The notes below the pieces were generated by a model. It ran no database searches. It was not told where the DNA came from and was given only the letters and a program-made list of their open reading frames with translations. Shown here piece after piece: positions 19,591 to 29,530 of a stretch of 64,000 nucleotides of DNA. This DNA is from Pseudomonadota bacterium. Its GTDB lineage: Bacteria > Desulfobacterota > Desulfobacteria > Desulfobacterales > C00003106. How positions within the stretch are numbered: the stretch's first letter is position 1; every line of letters begins with the position of its first letter. Position numbers and translations under genes: made by a program. The stretch covers positions 1,810 through 65,809 of the forward strand of contig JBDRFJ010000242.1 of NCBI GenBank assembly GCA_043818915.1, written 5' to 3'.

Positions 19591-20064
19591 GTGTCTGGCC
19601 ATACCTGCAAAAGCAACCAAATCCATAAGCCTTTAATTGTTGGCTATGGAAACATCCTTCGTGGGGACGATGGAGTCGGTCCTTACGTTATGGATCTCCT
19701 GCGCGATCATGTTGGAAACAGGGCAAAACTCGTGACACTCCCTCAACTTGACATCTCATTAGCCCTGGATATCAAGGAGTCTGATTTAACTATCTTCGTT
19801 GATGCGCAAACCGGGATCTTTGATGATTTAGTACATATTGAGCGTCTTTATCCAGCCTCCTTGTCGTGTCCGTCTTTTTCATACACATCTCATCTTGTCT
19901 CGATACCCTTCCTCCTGGAATTAACGCAGAGGTGGTATAACGCCACGCCCGTCTGCTACTTGGTGACAGTCAAAGGAGTTGATTTCTCTTTGAGTGAGAA
20001 AATCTCTATGACGGCAAAGGAAGCGGCTCGGTTGGCTGTTCAAAAGATCCTCGAACTCCTCTGA
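19591..20064 (+). CDS. Second hydrogenase maturation protease (HoxW/HycI-like)
   Basis: GYGNILRGDDGVG, PQL, IFVDA, SH, F.LSE.IS. Confidence 0.85.
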   Translation: MSGHTCKSNQIHKPLIVGYGNILRGDDGVGPYVMDLLRDHVGNRAKLVTLPQLDISLALDIKESDLTIFVDAQTGIFDDLVHIERLYPASLSCPSFSYTSHLVSIPFLLELTQRWYNATPVCYLVTVKGVDFSLSEKISMTAKEAARLAVQKILELL

Positions 20065-20076
20065 AAAGTGGGAATA

Positions 20077-20313
20077 TCAAACCAGCTTTAGCCATTCTGC
20101 CTTTATCTTATTCACCGTTGCCTGTCCCCAGAGGCCAACCACTTGAGGATCGCTGCAAATTGCATCAACACAGGCTTTATATTTTCCCTCATCACCGCTG
20201 GCCGAACGCATAGCTCCGAGTCCTTTGGTGATAAGGTTATTACCCAGCACCCCTCCAAAGGTTTCCAACAACTTAGGCTTTATCTTTGTCATAACAATGT
20301 TCACTGCGCTCAT
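20077..20313 (-). CDS. 78-aa hypothetical protein directly downstream of mvhA
   Basis: ATG 20313 with GGAGG RBS, 1 nt after the mvhA stop; MSAVNIVMTKIKPKLL...AEWLKLV. Confidence 0.75.
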   Translation of the reverse strand: MSAVNIVMTKIKPKLLETFGGVLGNNLITKGLGAMRSASGDEGKYKACVDAICSDPQVVGLWGQATVNKIKAEWLKLV

Positions 20314-20314
20314 A

Positions 20315-21730
20315 TTATATCCTCCTGTCCAGCAGGGTCCCGTCAGCAGCCAGCAAACTGATCTCCAAAGGCATCTGGCCGATGGCATGAGTGGCACAGG
20401 AAAGGCAGGGGTCATAACAACGAATAGCCATCTCTACACGATTCAAGATCCCCTCCTCGATCTTTTCACCCTTAATGAATTCCTTGGCAACCTCGTTGAC
20501 GGACATATTCATAGCAGGATTGTTATGAACGGTGGCAACAATAAGGTTCGCCCGTGTAATTTTGCCGACATCATCTGCCCAGTAATGGTGAATCAAGGTC
20601 CCCCGGGGCGCCTCGATGCAACCGACACCTTCACCGGCCTGTCGCTGTACTGCAACTCTTACATCACGAGAGACGATCTCGTCATCTTCAAGCAATTCCT
20701 TTGCCCTCTCCGCGGCATAGAGGAGTTCGATCAATCGGGCAAGATGAAAGTACAGAGTTGCTTGTACAGGCTTGCCATTCCCCGCTTGCTTAAACTCCTT
20801 CAGTTCCGCGTTTGCCAATGGAGTAGAGATGCTGTCGGCTACATTTAGTCTGGCCAGCGGCGCCACCCGATATATCCCTTTGGGCCATCCATCCTTCTTA
20901 TAGAAGGGGAATTTTAGGTATGACCAATCCTCGACATGCTCTCCGATATGGTCAAGGTAGTCCTTTGGATCAAACTCGGTTAGTGCGTTGCCGTCTTCAT
21001 CGATGATCCTAAGTTTCCCGTCATAGAGATCCAAACTGCCATCTTTTACTAAACCCATATGTTTGGTCTGTATGGTAGCAAATGTAGGTACTATATCAGC
21101 ATATTTCTCAAAGACGCTCTTACCAATAGATATGGCTACCTTGGCGAGCTCAATGGCCTCATCTATCTCTTTCAGCATTATAAACCTGTGTTCATGCGAA
21201 AGGGGCTTGCTCATCCCTCCTGGTATGGCCGTTACCGGATGGATGGCTCTGCCCCCTACCCGATCGACCATTGTCTGTCCGATTTTACGTAACTTGATCG
21301 CCTTTTTCCCCAGTTCCGGGTCAGCTTCGATTATCCCAATAACATTTCGTTTTGCCGGATCGGCATCAGGCCCTAATACAAAGTCAGAAGCGGCAAGGAA
21401 GAAGAAATGAAGCGCGTGGGAGTGTATCGTCTGGCCCATATGCATCAGCTCACGGAGCTTTTTTGCGGCCGGCGGGATGTCAATGCCGAGAAGGTCATCG
21501 CAGGCCTTGGCTGAGGCTAAGTGGTGACTTACGGGACATATTCCGCAGGCGCGCTCGGTGATTACCGGCATCTCCCAGAACATTCTTCCTTCGCAGAACT
21601 TTTCAAATCCCCGAAACTCAAGAACGTGGAATCGAGATTCAGCTACGTTTCCATCATCATCCAAATGGATGGTTACCTTGCCATGTCCCTCAATCTTGGT
21701 TATCGGCTCAATGGTAATCTTTTTGCCCAT
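20315..21730 (-). CDS. mvhA: Cytoplasmic group 3 [NiFe] hydrogenase large subunit (MvhA/HoxH-like)
   Basis: [42 protein letters not shown]. Confidence 0.88.
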   Translation of the reverse strand: MGKKITIEPITKIEGHGKVTIHLDDDGNVAESRFHVLEFRGFEKFCEGRMFWEMPVITERACGICPVSHHLASAKACDDLLGIDIPPAAKKLRELMHMGQTIHSHALHFFFLAASDFVLGPDADPAKRNVIGIIEADPELGKKAIKLRKIGQTMVDRVGGRAIHPVTAIPGGMSKPLSHEHRFIMLKEIDEAIELAKVAISIGKSVFEKYADIVPTFATIQTKHMGLVKDGSLDLYDGKLRIIDEDGNALTEFDPKDYLDHIGEHVEDWSYLKFPFYKKDGWPKGIYRVAPLARLNVADSISTPLANAELKEFKQAGNGKPVQATLYFHLARLIELLYAAERAKELLEDDEIVSRDVRVAVQRQAGEGVGCIEAPRGTLIHHYWADDVGKITRANLIVATVHNNPAMNMSVNEVAKEFIKGEKIEEGILNRVEMAIRCYDPCLSCATHAIGQMPLEISLLAADGTLLDRRI

Positions 21731-21731
21731 C

Positions 21732-22637
21732 TTAATCTACCTCCTTTTTGCTGGCCAAATGCGGATACAAGGAGACTGGTACGGAAAACCGGTAGCCTAG
21801 CCCGACGATATCATCCATAAACATCAATCCTCCCGCGGGGAGGAGCGAGGCAAGGGCGTTAACCAACTTTGCCCCCTGTTCCAATGCCCCTGGCGTTGGT
21901 CCCATACACCCTCGACAGGGCATATTACCCTTTAAGCACCTGGCGTCACACCCCTCACGTGTTGCCAGTCCCGCACACGCAATGCCCTGTTCTAAGAAGC
22001 ACCTGTCAGGGTCTATGTGCTCCAGCTCGCAGACCGGCGAAACCGAATCGGTCAAAAATTCTAATTTGGGTATAAGCATATCCTTATGGTACCGGGGACA
22101 TTCCTCGCAGAGGTTTCGAGATGACAAAACCGGCTCCCTTCCTTCTATCAGAGCGACCAGTGTATCCTTTATCATTGATGGGAGCGGTGGACAGCCAGGG
22201 ATCATATAGTCGACCTTCACTACTTGATCCAGGGGTTTGACATAGTTCTCCAGGTCCGGGATTTCAGGATGGCCGGGGATCTTTCCATCAACGGTGCTTT
22301 CGGTCTCAACATAGGCGCGAGTCAACACATCCTTATTAGTAAAGAGATTCCTGAGGCCGGGTATACCGCCAAAACACGCACATGAACCAAAAGCAATAAG
22401 AATATCGCTCTGCTCTCTAAATTTCTTTAAGACCTTTACGTTATCCTCGTTGGCGACAGCGCCTTCCACAAGTGCAACCGTTACCTTGGGGGGTTCCTTT
22501 ACATCGATCAGCGGCGGGCAAGTCTTCAAGTCAATAAGTTCGAGTACATCCAGAAGACCTTCATGCAAATCCAAAAACGAGATATGACAACCTGAACAGC
22601 TCTGAAGCCATGTAGTAGCAACTGACACTTTAGCCAT
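21732..22637 (-). CDS. mvhG: Hydrogenase small subunit MvhG
   Basis: [42 protein letters not shown]...C....PCRGC.GP. Confidence 0.9.
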   Translation of the reverse strand: MAKVSVATTWLQSCSGCHISFLDLHEGLLDVLELIDLKTCPPLIDVKEPPKVTVALVEGAVANEDNVKVLKKFREQSDILIAFGSCACFGGIPGLRNLFTNKDVLTRAYVETESTVDGKIPGHPEIPDLENYVKPLDQVVKVDYMIPGCPPLPSMIKDTLVALIEGREPVLSSRNLCEECPRYHKDMLIPKLEFLTDSVSPVCELEHIDPDRCFLEQGIACAGLATREGCDARCLKGNMPCRGCMGPTPGALEQGAKLVNALASLLPAGGLMFMDDIVGLGYRFSVPVSLYPHLASKKEVD

Positions 22638-24229
22638 TACACCTCACCTCCTATCTTCTTTAGATCTTCCACAAACTGATTAACCTCCTGGGCAAAAAGT
22701 TTCCCTTCGTGGGGCGAAATGTCAAGGAAACGGACCCGTTCACTATCAAGCCCTCTCGAACGGATTACATCTCGAAAGAGGTTCACCCGCCTGTCCATGT
22801 AGGTAGGCCCCACAATGTTGTGGCAATGACCCTCGCGACATCTGCCCAACAAGATGCCGTCAAACCCGAACCTGAATGCCTCCAGGATATATTGGGTGTC
22901 AACCCTGCCCGCGCATTCAACACCGAGGGGGAGGACAGATGCCGGATAGGAAAATCCGAGGGTTCCCGCCTTGTCGGCCGCAGGATAAGCACAACCATTG
23001 CAAAGGAACGCTAGGACCTTTGCCGAACCAAGCGGAGGACACTTTGAGTATATCTCAACCGCATTAATTAAATAGTCGTTCGGATAGGTGACCAGATCGC
23101 GGGCGCCGGTGGGACAGGCAGCCACGCAATTTCCACACCCCTTACATCTGCGAGGATCGATCACTGATACCTTTTTGAACATATCGAGGGTGCACGCGCT
23201 ATAGGCACAGGTCTTAACACATGTGGAACAGGCGCCGCAGACCTGCTCATCAACTTCCGAGACCGTTACAGGATGCAAAATCTCATTTTTTTCAAGGAGA
23301 GTAGTAATGGCAACGACTGCCGATGTCGCCCCCTCCATCGCGTTCTTAAGATCAGCCTTCCCTTCATGCCTGGGAGTCAAGCATATCCCGTCGTCCGTGG
23401 TGTTTACGGACATGGTATGTGGGTTTCGAGACTTGAAATAGCCTTTGGCGTCGACGTCGATATGGAGTAAGGGATGTAGCGCTGTTGTCCATTTCAGGTC
23501 ATCGCCTGTGGCGATAATTATCCCTCCTACAGTGAGATTCTCTTTCTCATCCCCTCTTTGGAGGGTCACCGTATAATCCCCGCACCAACCTGAAAGGTCG
23601 GCAACATCAGTGTCAAAATAGATGCGGGCATCCCGGCTTGTTTGGATAGCCGCCAGGGCGGGTTGAATATCTCCCATCCATTCAGCAGCAGTTCTCAACT
23701 CACCGACGTTGTCAATAAGTGTGACCTTATAGCCCTTATTGATAAGGTGATAGGCGGCAATTATTCCGCCTGCGGTCGTTCCGATCACCAAAACCGAACG
23801 GTGAGGCGATATCGATACCATCTCCAGAGGGTGAGATACCTTTATCTTCTCCAAGGCCACATCGACCATAGCCTTTGCCTTTTTGGTTGCCTTGCTCATC
23901 TCTTCTTTGTGTGGAAGGGCACACTGTTCTTTAAGGTTGGCATGGCTTATTAAGTTTGGGTTGATACCCATCTCTACCAGCCGGTTGATAAGTAAATCTC
24001 CACCCAGGGTGTTGATGAAATATTTTGGTGAGCAGGCAGCCAAAACAACCCCCTCCAATGAATTTACCCTGACCTGATTTACAATGTCCTCCACGGCATC
24101 CGGACGGTGGAGGTTATCGTAGACCCCCACCGCGGCCAGGTCCGTGTATTCCTTTGCTAAGGACTCAACATCGACCGATTCAAAGTCAATACATTCGGCC
24201 CGGCAGAAAAACAAACCGACTTTTTTCAT
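22637..24229 (-). CDS. Short HdrA-like / 2x[4Fe-4S] / MvhD fusion protein
   Basis: VLAACSP and ANLKEQC (HdrA N-terminus), altered Rossmann VIGTTAGG, CGACSTCVKTC and CKGCGNCVAACP, MvhD motifs FLCNGC..AAD, ECAGRVD, C..G.CH. Confidence 0.85.
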   Translation of the reverse strand: MKKVGLFFCRAECIDFESVDVESLAKEYTDLAAVGVYDNLHRPDAVEDIVNQVRVNSLEGVVLAACSPKYFINTLGGDLLINRLVEMGINPNLISHANLKEQCALPHKEEMSKATKKAKAMVDVALEKIKVSHPLEMVSISPHRSVLVIGTTAGGIIAAYHLINKGYKVTLIDNVGELRTAAEWMGDIQPALAAIQTSRDARIYFDTDVADLSGWCGDYTVTLQRGDEKENLTVGGIIIATGDDLKWTTALHPLLHIDVDAKGYFKSRNPHTMSVNTTDDGICLTPRHEGKADLKNAMEGATSAVVAITTLLEKNEILHPVTVSEVDEQVCGACSTCVKTCAYSACTLDMFKKVSVIDPRRCKGCGNCVAACPTGARDLVTYPNDYLINAVEIYSKCPPLGSAKVLAFLCNGCAYPAADKAGTLGFSYPASVLPLGVECAGRVDTQYILEAFRFGFDGILLGRCREGHCHNIVGPTYMDRRVNLFRDVIRSRGLDSERVRFLDISPHEGKLFAQEVNQFVEDLKKIGGEV

Positions 24230-24726
24230 ATTACCCCCCTTCAATGGCGGTCACTGTTATTTTTTTGCCTCTTCAGCAGTTCTTAAATATAGTCACATTC
24301 TCTGGCTTAACTGGTGAAAATCCCCACAAAAGGCGGCACATTTCCCTTATTAAGTTTTAATAGATCTCCAAGCCGCGGAGAAGAAAAATAAATAATGTTG
24401 CCTGAACGCAGTTCTTGGTGTTAGAGAAAAGTCTTATAAGACCCGAAACCGTATAAAATAAAATTCGTCATTAGGTTCTTAAGATAACCGTCATTGGTTT
24501 TAGGGTAGATTATGTTTTTATTGCCTAATTGAACATTGGGGAAAAAGGATCCGCTGATAACCCCATTTTTCAAAAATATGAAAAACAGGGTTGTCTGGCG
24601 TACATCTATAGTATATAAATTACATTAAGTAGAATTCGTCAAGGGTAAAAACACAAAACGCACAGGATTTCACCCAAGTTCAAAAGCCTGCAAGAAATGA
24701 CCGATCAAGTAAATTGAGGAAACACT

Positions 24727-24945
24727 ATGTGTCTTGCCATACCTGCAAAAGTAACAAAAATCGACGGTGAGATGGCCACAATTGATATCGGTGGCGTGGC
24801 ACGTTCCACTTCGCTTATGCTCCTTTCTGATGTGGCTGTGGGAGATTACGTAATCGTTCATGCGGGATTTGCCATACACAAAGTAGATCCCGGGGAAGCG
24901 CAAGAATCTCTTAAGCTACTTCGGGAATTGGCAGCAGCGCAATGA
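24727..24945 (+). CDS. hypC: Hydrogenase chaperone HypC
   Basis: MCLAIPAKV, GDYVIVHAGFAI. Confidence 0.96.
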   Translation: MCLAIPAKVTKIDGEMATIDIGGVARSTSLMLLSDVAVGDYVIVHAGFAIHKVDPGEAQESLKLLRELAAAQ

Positions 24946-24990
24946 ATTGAATATTGACTATTGAAGGGGAATCAGTCTTCAATAGTCAAT
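24946..24990. repeat. Collapsed heptamer inverted-arm element (ATTGAAT type)
   Basis: ATTGAAT-ATTGACT-ATTGAAG ... CTTCAAT-AGTCAAT between the hypC stop and hypB RBS. Confidence 0.7.
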
Positions 24991-25007
24991 TTAAAGGAGG
25001 TTTTGTT

Positions 25008-25661
25008 TTGAAGATACCTGTCGTACGTAATATTCTTGAGGTAAATGATCGTATCGCGAATGAACACAGGGAGTTGTTCCGGGAAAACGATCTGCTGGTC
25101 CTTAATCTTATGAGTTCTCCCGGAGCTGGAAAGACCACTTTGCTTGAAAATACTATTGAGCATCTGAAAAATAATATGCGCATAGGAGTCATCGAAGGAG
25201 ATATTCAGACATCAGCTGATGCCGAACGGATCATCAATGCGGGGGCCGCCGCCGTACAAATCAATACAGACGGCGCATGTCACCTGGACGGAAATATGAT
25301 AAAGGCCGCCCTTGGCTCTATTAATATAGAAGAAACAGATCTCCTCTTTATCGAAAATGTGGGAAACCTGGTCTGTCCCGCGGAATTTGATCTGGGGGAA
25401 GACTTCAAGGTAATGATACTAAGCGTCACCGAAGGGGACGACAAGCCGGAAAAATATCCACTGATGTTTCACGAGGCATCGGTACTCCTTATTAACAAGA
25501 CTGATCTCCTACCTTATGTGAATTGTAACATGGATAAGATCCGACAGACGGTCTTAAAGATTAATCCCAAAATTAAGATCTTTGAAATTTCATGTCAGAC
25601 AAAAGAGGGGCTTGATAACTGGTTCCAATGGATTTTAGAGCATATTAAGAACAAAACTTAA
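25008..25661 (+). CDS. hypB: Hydrogenase nickel GTPase HypB
   Basis: SSPGAGKTT, ACHLD, ENVGNLVCPAEFDLGE, NKTD; TTG start after AAGGAGG. Confidence 0.95.
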   Translation: MKIPVVRNILEVNDRIANEHRELFRENDLLVLNLMSSPGAGKTTLLENTIEHLKNNMRIGVIEGDIQTSADAERIINAGAAAVQINTDGACHLDGNMIKAALGSINIEETDLLFIENVGNLVCPAEFDLGEDFKVMILSVTEGDDKPEKYPLMFHEASVLLINKTDLLPYVNCNMDKIRQTVLKINPKIKIFEISCQTKEGLDNWFQWILEHIKNKT

Positions 25662-25664
25662 TCG

Positions 25665-25805
25665 ATCCGCAGATTACGCAGATTACGCAGATGGCACAAA
25701 TAATAAAAACTGGTTTTTGGGGAAGCTGTTCATCAATTGGCGCAAAGAGTCTGAAATATAAGAACGTTAAATAAAAATCTGCGGAAATCTGTGAAATCTG
25801 CGGAT
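25665..25805 (+). repeat. 9-mer inverted-arm element enclosing a GxxExxY-like 3' stub
   Basis: ATCCGCAGATTACGCAGATTACGCAGAT ... AATCTGCGGAAATCTGTGAAATCTGCGGAT; interior LFIN/GAKSLKYKNVK* with a frameshift. Confidence 0.8.
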
Positions 25806-25836
25806 ATCATTTCTTGGACAAGTCTTACAATAAAAA

Positions 25837-28143
25837 ATGATGATGAAATGCGGTATCGGATTGGGAAAAACTACGGTTGGGAAAAAACTGTCGGTAAATG
25901 GTATCGTGCAAGGAGTTGGGTTTCGTCCTTTTGTCTTTCAACGGGCACAGTATTACGGACTTAAGGGAGATGTTGCCAATGCCTCTTCCGGGGTAATTAT
26001 TCATGTTGAGGGGAACGAAGAAAAGATCCAGGCCTTTATCCAAGACCTTACTGAAGAGGGCCCACCTCTTTCCCGCATAACAGAGATTTCAACGTCTAAT
26101 GAACCGGTCAGGGGTTATGAACAATTTACCATCCGGGAGAGCAAAGAAGGGTCGTCGCGATCAACCCTTATTTCCCCGGACATGGCCATATGCGATGATT
26201 GTCTCCAGGAATTGTTTGATCCTAATGACCGACGTTACCATTACCCTTTCATCAACTGCACTAACTGCGGCCCCCGTTATACCATCATAGACGATATCCC
26301 CTACGACCGCCCGAAGACTTCCATGAAACATTTTAAAATGTGTCTGGAATGTCGGAAAGAATACGATGATCCGGCAAATCGCAGATTTCATGCCCAGCCG
26401 AACGCCTGCAAAATATGTGGCCCGAATGTCTCTTTTTATAACAATCAACGCACACGGGTTCCGGCCCAGGATCCTATCAAAAGAACAGCCGACTTTCTCA
26501 AGAAAGGGTATATTGTCGCGATAAAGGGTTTGGGTGGATTTCACTTGGCCGCGGATGCTGAAAACAATGACGCGGTCATCCGTCTGCGGCAGAGGAAACA
26601 CCGCGAAGAAAAACCGTTCGCCCTGATGTCTTACGACCTTGACAGGGTTCGCAGGTATGCCCATATCGAACCGGATGAAGAGGTCCTGCTAACCTCGCCC
26701 CAGCGTCCAGTCGTGCTTCTGAAAAAAAGGGATCCCAATCCGCTTTCCCCTGAAATCTCGCCGCGCAACAAGAACTTCGGGGCAATGCTCCCGTACACCC
26801 CGCTTCACTATCTCCTTTTGGATTATGATTTCACGGCGCTTGTTATGACCAGCGGTAATATAAATGAAGAACCGATCGCCATCGATAATGATGAAGCCTT
26901 TGAACGCCTTGGCGCTATTGCCGATTATTTTTTGATCCACAACCGGGACATATATCTGCGCAGCGACGACTCCATCGTCAGAAGTGTGGACGAAGCCATA
27001 CGAATTATCCGTCGCTCAAGGGGCTACATCCCCACCCCTGTTTTCCTTAAAGAAGAAGTTCCGCAAATACTTGCCTGCGGCGCTGAACTGAAAAATACCG
27101 TCTGTCTGACCAAGGGGAAAAACGCCTTCCTTAGCCAGCATATAGGGGATCTGGAAAATCTTGAAACCTATCGATTTCTTGAGTTGACCGTGCGGCACAT
27201 GAAACGGATCCTTGACATCGATCCCCAGATCGTGGCCTATGACCTTCATCCCGACTATCTCAGCACCCGTTACGCCCGGGAACAAAAAGGGATAAAAAAG
27301 ATCGCCGTGCAGCATCACCATGCACATATCGTAAGCTGTATGGCGGAAAACAGATTAGACGGTCCGGTCATTGGGCTCTCATTGGATGGAACAGGCTATG
27401 GAACAGATGGTCGTATCTGGGGTGGGGAGGTGTTGATCGTTGAAGCGCATCAATTTACGCGGGCCGCCCACCTTGCTTATTTCCCGATGCCGGGCGGCGC
27501 GGCAGCGATTAAAGAACCGTGGCGAATGGCGGTAAGCTATCTTTACCAAACCTTTGGCGAGGCATTTCATGACTTGGACCTCCCACTATTGCAAGGGCTT
27601 GAAAAGAAAAAGATCAGAGTTGTTCTGGAGATGATCTCCAAACAGGTCAATACCCCTCAAACCTCCAGCCTCGGTCGCCTTTTTGACGGAGTCGCGGCGA
27701 TCCTCGGCATCAGAGACAGGGTGGCCTACGAAGGACAGGCGGCTATGGAACTGGAGATGGCAATACGCAAAGAGACAGAGGAGTCATATGACTATGAATG
27801 GGACGAGGGAAAAGACTTGTACCAGATACCGATCCATCCGATTATCCGTGGTGTGGTGAAGGATATGGGAAACGGTTTACCGGTATCGGATATAAGCAGT
27901 AAGTTCCATATGACACTGATGCGGTTGTTTTCCGACCTCTGCGCACATCTGCGCAAAGAGACCGGTCTTAATCGTGTGGCCCTAAGCGGAGGGGTCTTTC
28001 AGAACGTAACCTTGTTGGCCGGCCTGAGAAAGACCCTGGAATATAAAGGCCTTCAAGTCTTCACTCACCGTCTTGTTCCGACCAATGACGGAGGGATCTC
28101 TTTGGGACAGGCGGTTGCGGCAGCGGCTATCGCCAAGAAGTAA
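25837..28143 (+). CDS. hypF: Carbamoyltransferase HypF
   Basis: GIVQGVGFRPF, zinc fingers, RRFHAQP, QHHHAH, NDGGISLGQ. Confidence 0.96.
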   Translation: MMMKCGIGLGKTTVGKKLSVNGIVQGVGFRPFVFQRAQYYGLKGDVANASSGVIIHVEGNEEKIQAFIQDLTEEGPPLSRITEISTSNEPVRGYEQFTIRESKEGSSRSTLISPDMAICDDCLQELFDPNDRRYHYPFINCTNCGPRYTIIDDIPYDRPKTSMKHFKMCLECRKEYDDPANRRFHAQPNACKICGPNVSFYNNQRTRVPAQDPIKRTADFLKKGYIVAIKGLGGFHLAADAENNDAVIRLRQRKHREEKPFALMSYDLDRVRRYAHIEPDEEVLLTSPQRPVVLLKKRDPNPLSPEISPRNKNFGAMLPYTPLHYLLLDYDFTALVMTSGNINEEPIAIDNDEAFERLGAIADYFLIHNRDIYLRSDDSIVRSVDEAIRIIRRSRGYIPTPVFLKEEVPQILACGAELKNTVCLTKGKNAFLSQHIGDLENLETYRFLELTVRHMKRILDIDPQIVAYDLHPDYLSTRYAREQKGIKKIAVQHHHAHIVSCMAENRLDGPVIGLSLDGTGYGTDGRIWGGEVLIVEAHQFTRAAHLAYFPMPGGAAAIKEPWRMAVSYLYQTFGEAFHDLDLPLLQGLEKKKIRVVLEMISKQVNTPQTSSLGRLFDGVAAILGIRDRVAYEGQAAMELEMAIRKETEESYDYEWDEGKDLYQIPIHPIIRGVVKDMGNGLPVSDISSKFHMTLMRLFSDLCAHLRKETGLNRVALSGGVFQNVTLLAGLRKTLEYKGLQVFTHRLVPTNDGGISLGQAVAAAAIAKK

Positions 28144-28209
28144 ACAGTGGACAATTATTGCGTAACTCTATAATCCTTAAGAAGATGTTTGTGGTATAAG
28201 GTAAAGGCC

Positions 28210-28362
28210 AAATCTCGAAATCCGAAGCACGAAATTCGAAACAAATCCTAATGACCAAAATCCAAAACGAAAAAGTTGTGGAATTTGGATACAGAGGAGC
28301 TAACGTTTTGAACATTTGATATTTGTATTTCGGATTTGTTTCGAGTTTCGATATTCGGATTT
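28210..28362 (+). repeat. Heptamer inverted-arm element (CGAAATC type) with MTKIQN stub
   Basis: AAATCTCGAAATCCGAAGCACGAAATTCGAAACAAATCC ... GGATTTGTTTCGAGTTTCGATATTCGGATTT; inverted copy at 43502-43736. Confidence 0.85.
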
Positions 28363-28441
28363 GTCCCCTTTGTTCGGACCGAGACTTCTTATAAGATACA
28401 TTAGCACGAGAGAATATAACCGTTAGACAGGAATCTATAAC

Positions 28442-29530
28442 ATGACCATGAAGCATATTGACGAATACCGGGACGCGGATCTTTCCCGCAAGATGGTTGA
28501 TAAGATCAAGACGATAAGCCGAAAAAAGGTTAGGTTGATGGAGGTGTGCGGGACCCATACCATGGCAATTTTTCGGAGCGGAATCAGGACGCTCCTCCCG
28601 GAGACCATTACGCTTCTTTCCGGGCCGGGCTGCCCTGTATGCGTAACCGCTCAGCGAGAGGTCGATACCTTTATCAAGCTGGCCGGAATAAAAGATGTCA
28701 TCGTCGCCACCTTTGGAGACCTTTTGAGGGTCCCCGGCACCCATTCATCACTACAAAAAGAGCGGGCCGAGGGCAAAGAGGTTCGGATTGTTTACTCGAC
28801 ATTTGACGCCCTTGATGTTGCTCAGAAACATCCTAAAAAAGAGGTTGTCTTTCTTGGTGTGGGGTTTGAAACCACCGCCCCCACAATCGCCGCCTCACTA
28901 ATAGAGGCAAGGCAAAGAAACTTAAAGAACTTTTCCGTGCTTTCCGCTCACAAGCTGGTCCCGCCGGCCCTGACCGCCCTCATGGAAGCGGATAATGTAA
29001 AGATAGACGGTTTTATCTGCCCCGGCCATGTTTCCGTAATCATCGGGAGCGGGGCCTATCTTCCGGTGGTTGAAAAGTACCATATACCGTGTGTAGTCTC
29101 CGGCTTTGAACCCGCGGATATCTTGCAAGCTGTCTACATGCTGGTAAAACAGCTTGAGGCCGGAGACGCAAAGCTCGAAAATGAATACCGCCGGGCGGTA
29201 ACTTTTGAAGGGAACGAAAAGGCGCGACAAATCATGTACCAGGTCTTTGAGCCGGCCGATGCCCCCTGGCGCGGAATAGGGACGATCCCGGAAAGCGGGC
29301 TGAAAATCCGAAAGGAATTTGATTCCTTCAACGCGGAAAAAAAGTTTGATCTTTCTGTTCCTGATTCAAAAGAGCCAAAAGGATGTGCCTGTGGTGAGAT
29401 ACTCTTGGGGCTGAAGACCCCGCCGGAGTGCCCCCTTTATAAAAAGGTTTGCACGCCGGGCGATCCTGTGGGGCCCTGCATGGTGTCAACCGAAGGCACA
29501 TGTGCGGCCTACTATAAGTATCATACATGA
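28442..29530 (+). CDS. hypD: Hydrogenase maturation protein HypD
   Basis: MEVCGTHT, GPGCPVC, GFETT, PGHVS, GPCMVSTEGTC. Confidence 0.96.
   Translation: MTMKHIDEYRDADLSRKMVDKIKTISRKKVRLMEVCGTHTMAIFRSGIRTLLPETITLLSGPGCPVCVTAQREVDTFIKLAGIKDVIVATFGDLLRVPGTHSSLQKERAEGKEVRIVYSTFDALDVAQKHPKKEVVFLGVGFETTAPTIAASLIEARQRNLKNFSVLSAHKLVPPALTALMEADNVKIDGFICPGHVSVIIGSGAYLPVVEKYHIPCVVSGFEPADILQAVYMLVKQLEAGDAKLENEYRRAVTFEGNEKARQIMYQVFEPADAPWRGIGTIPESGLKIRKEFDSFNAEKKFDLSVPDSKEPKGCACGEILLGLKTPPECPLYKKVCTPGDPVGPCMVSTEGTCAAYYKYHT

Noticed and set aside
16363-24229. Selenocysteine recoding in the hydrogenases or Hdr/Mvh fusion, given nearby selB
   Set aside because: All ORFs are uninterrupted and use Cys at the ligand positions (DPCIAC, DPCLSC); no in-frame TGA is needed.
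28127-28744. 205-aa minus-strand ORF
   Set aside because: Antisense to hypD and reads through the heptamer repeat; no coding features.
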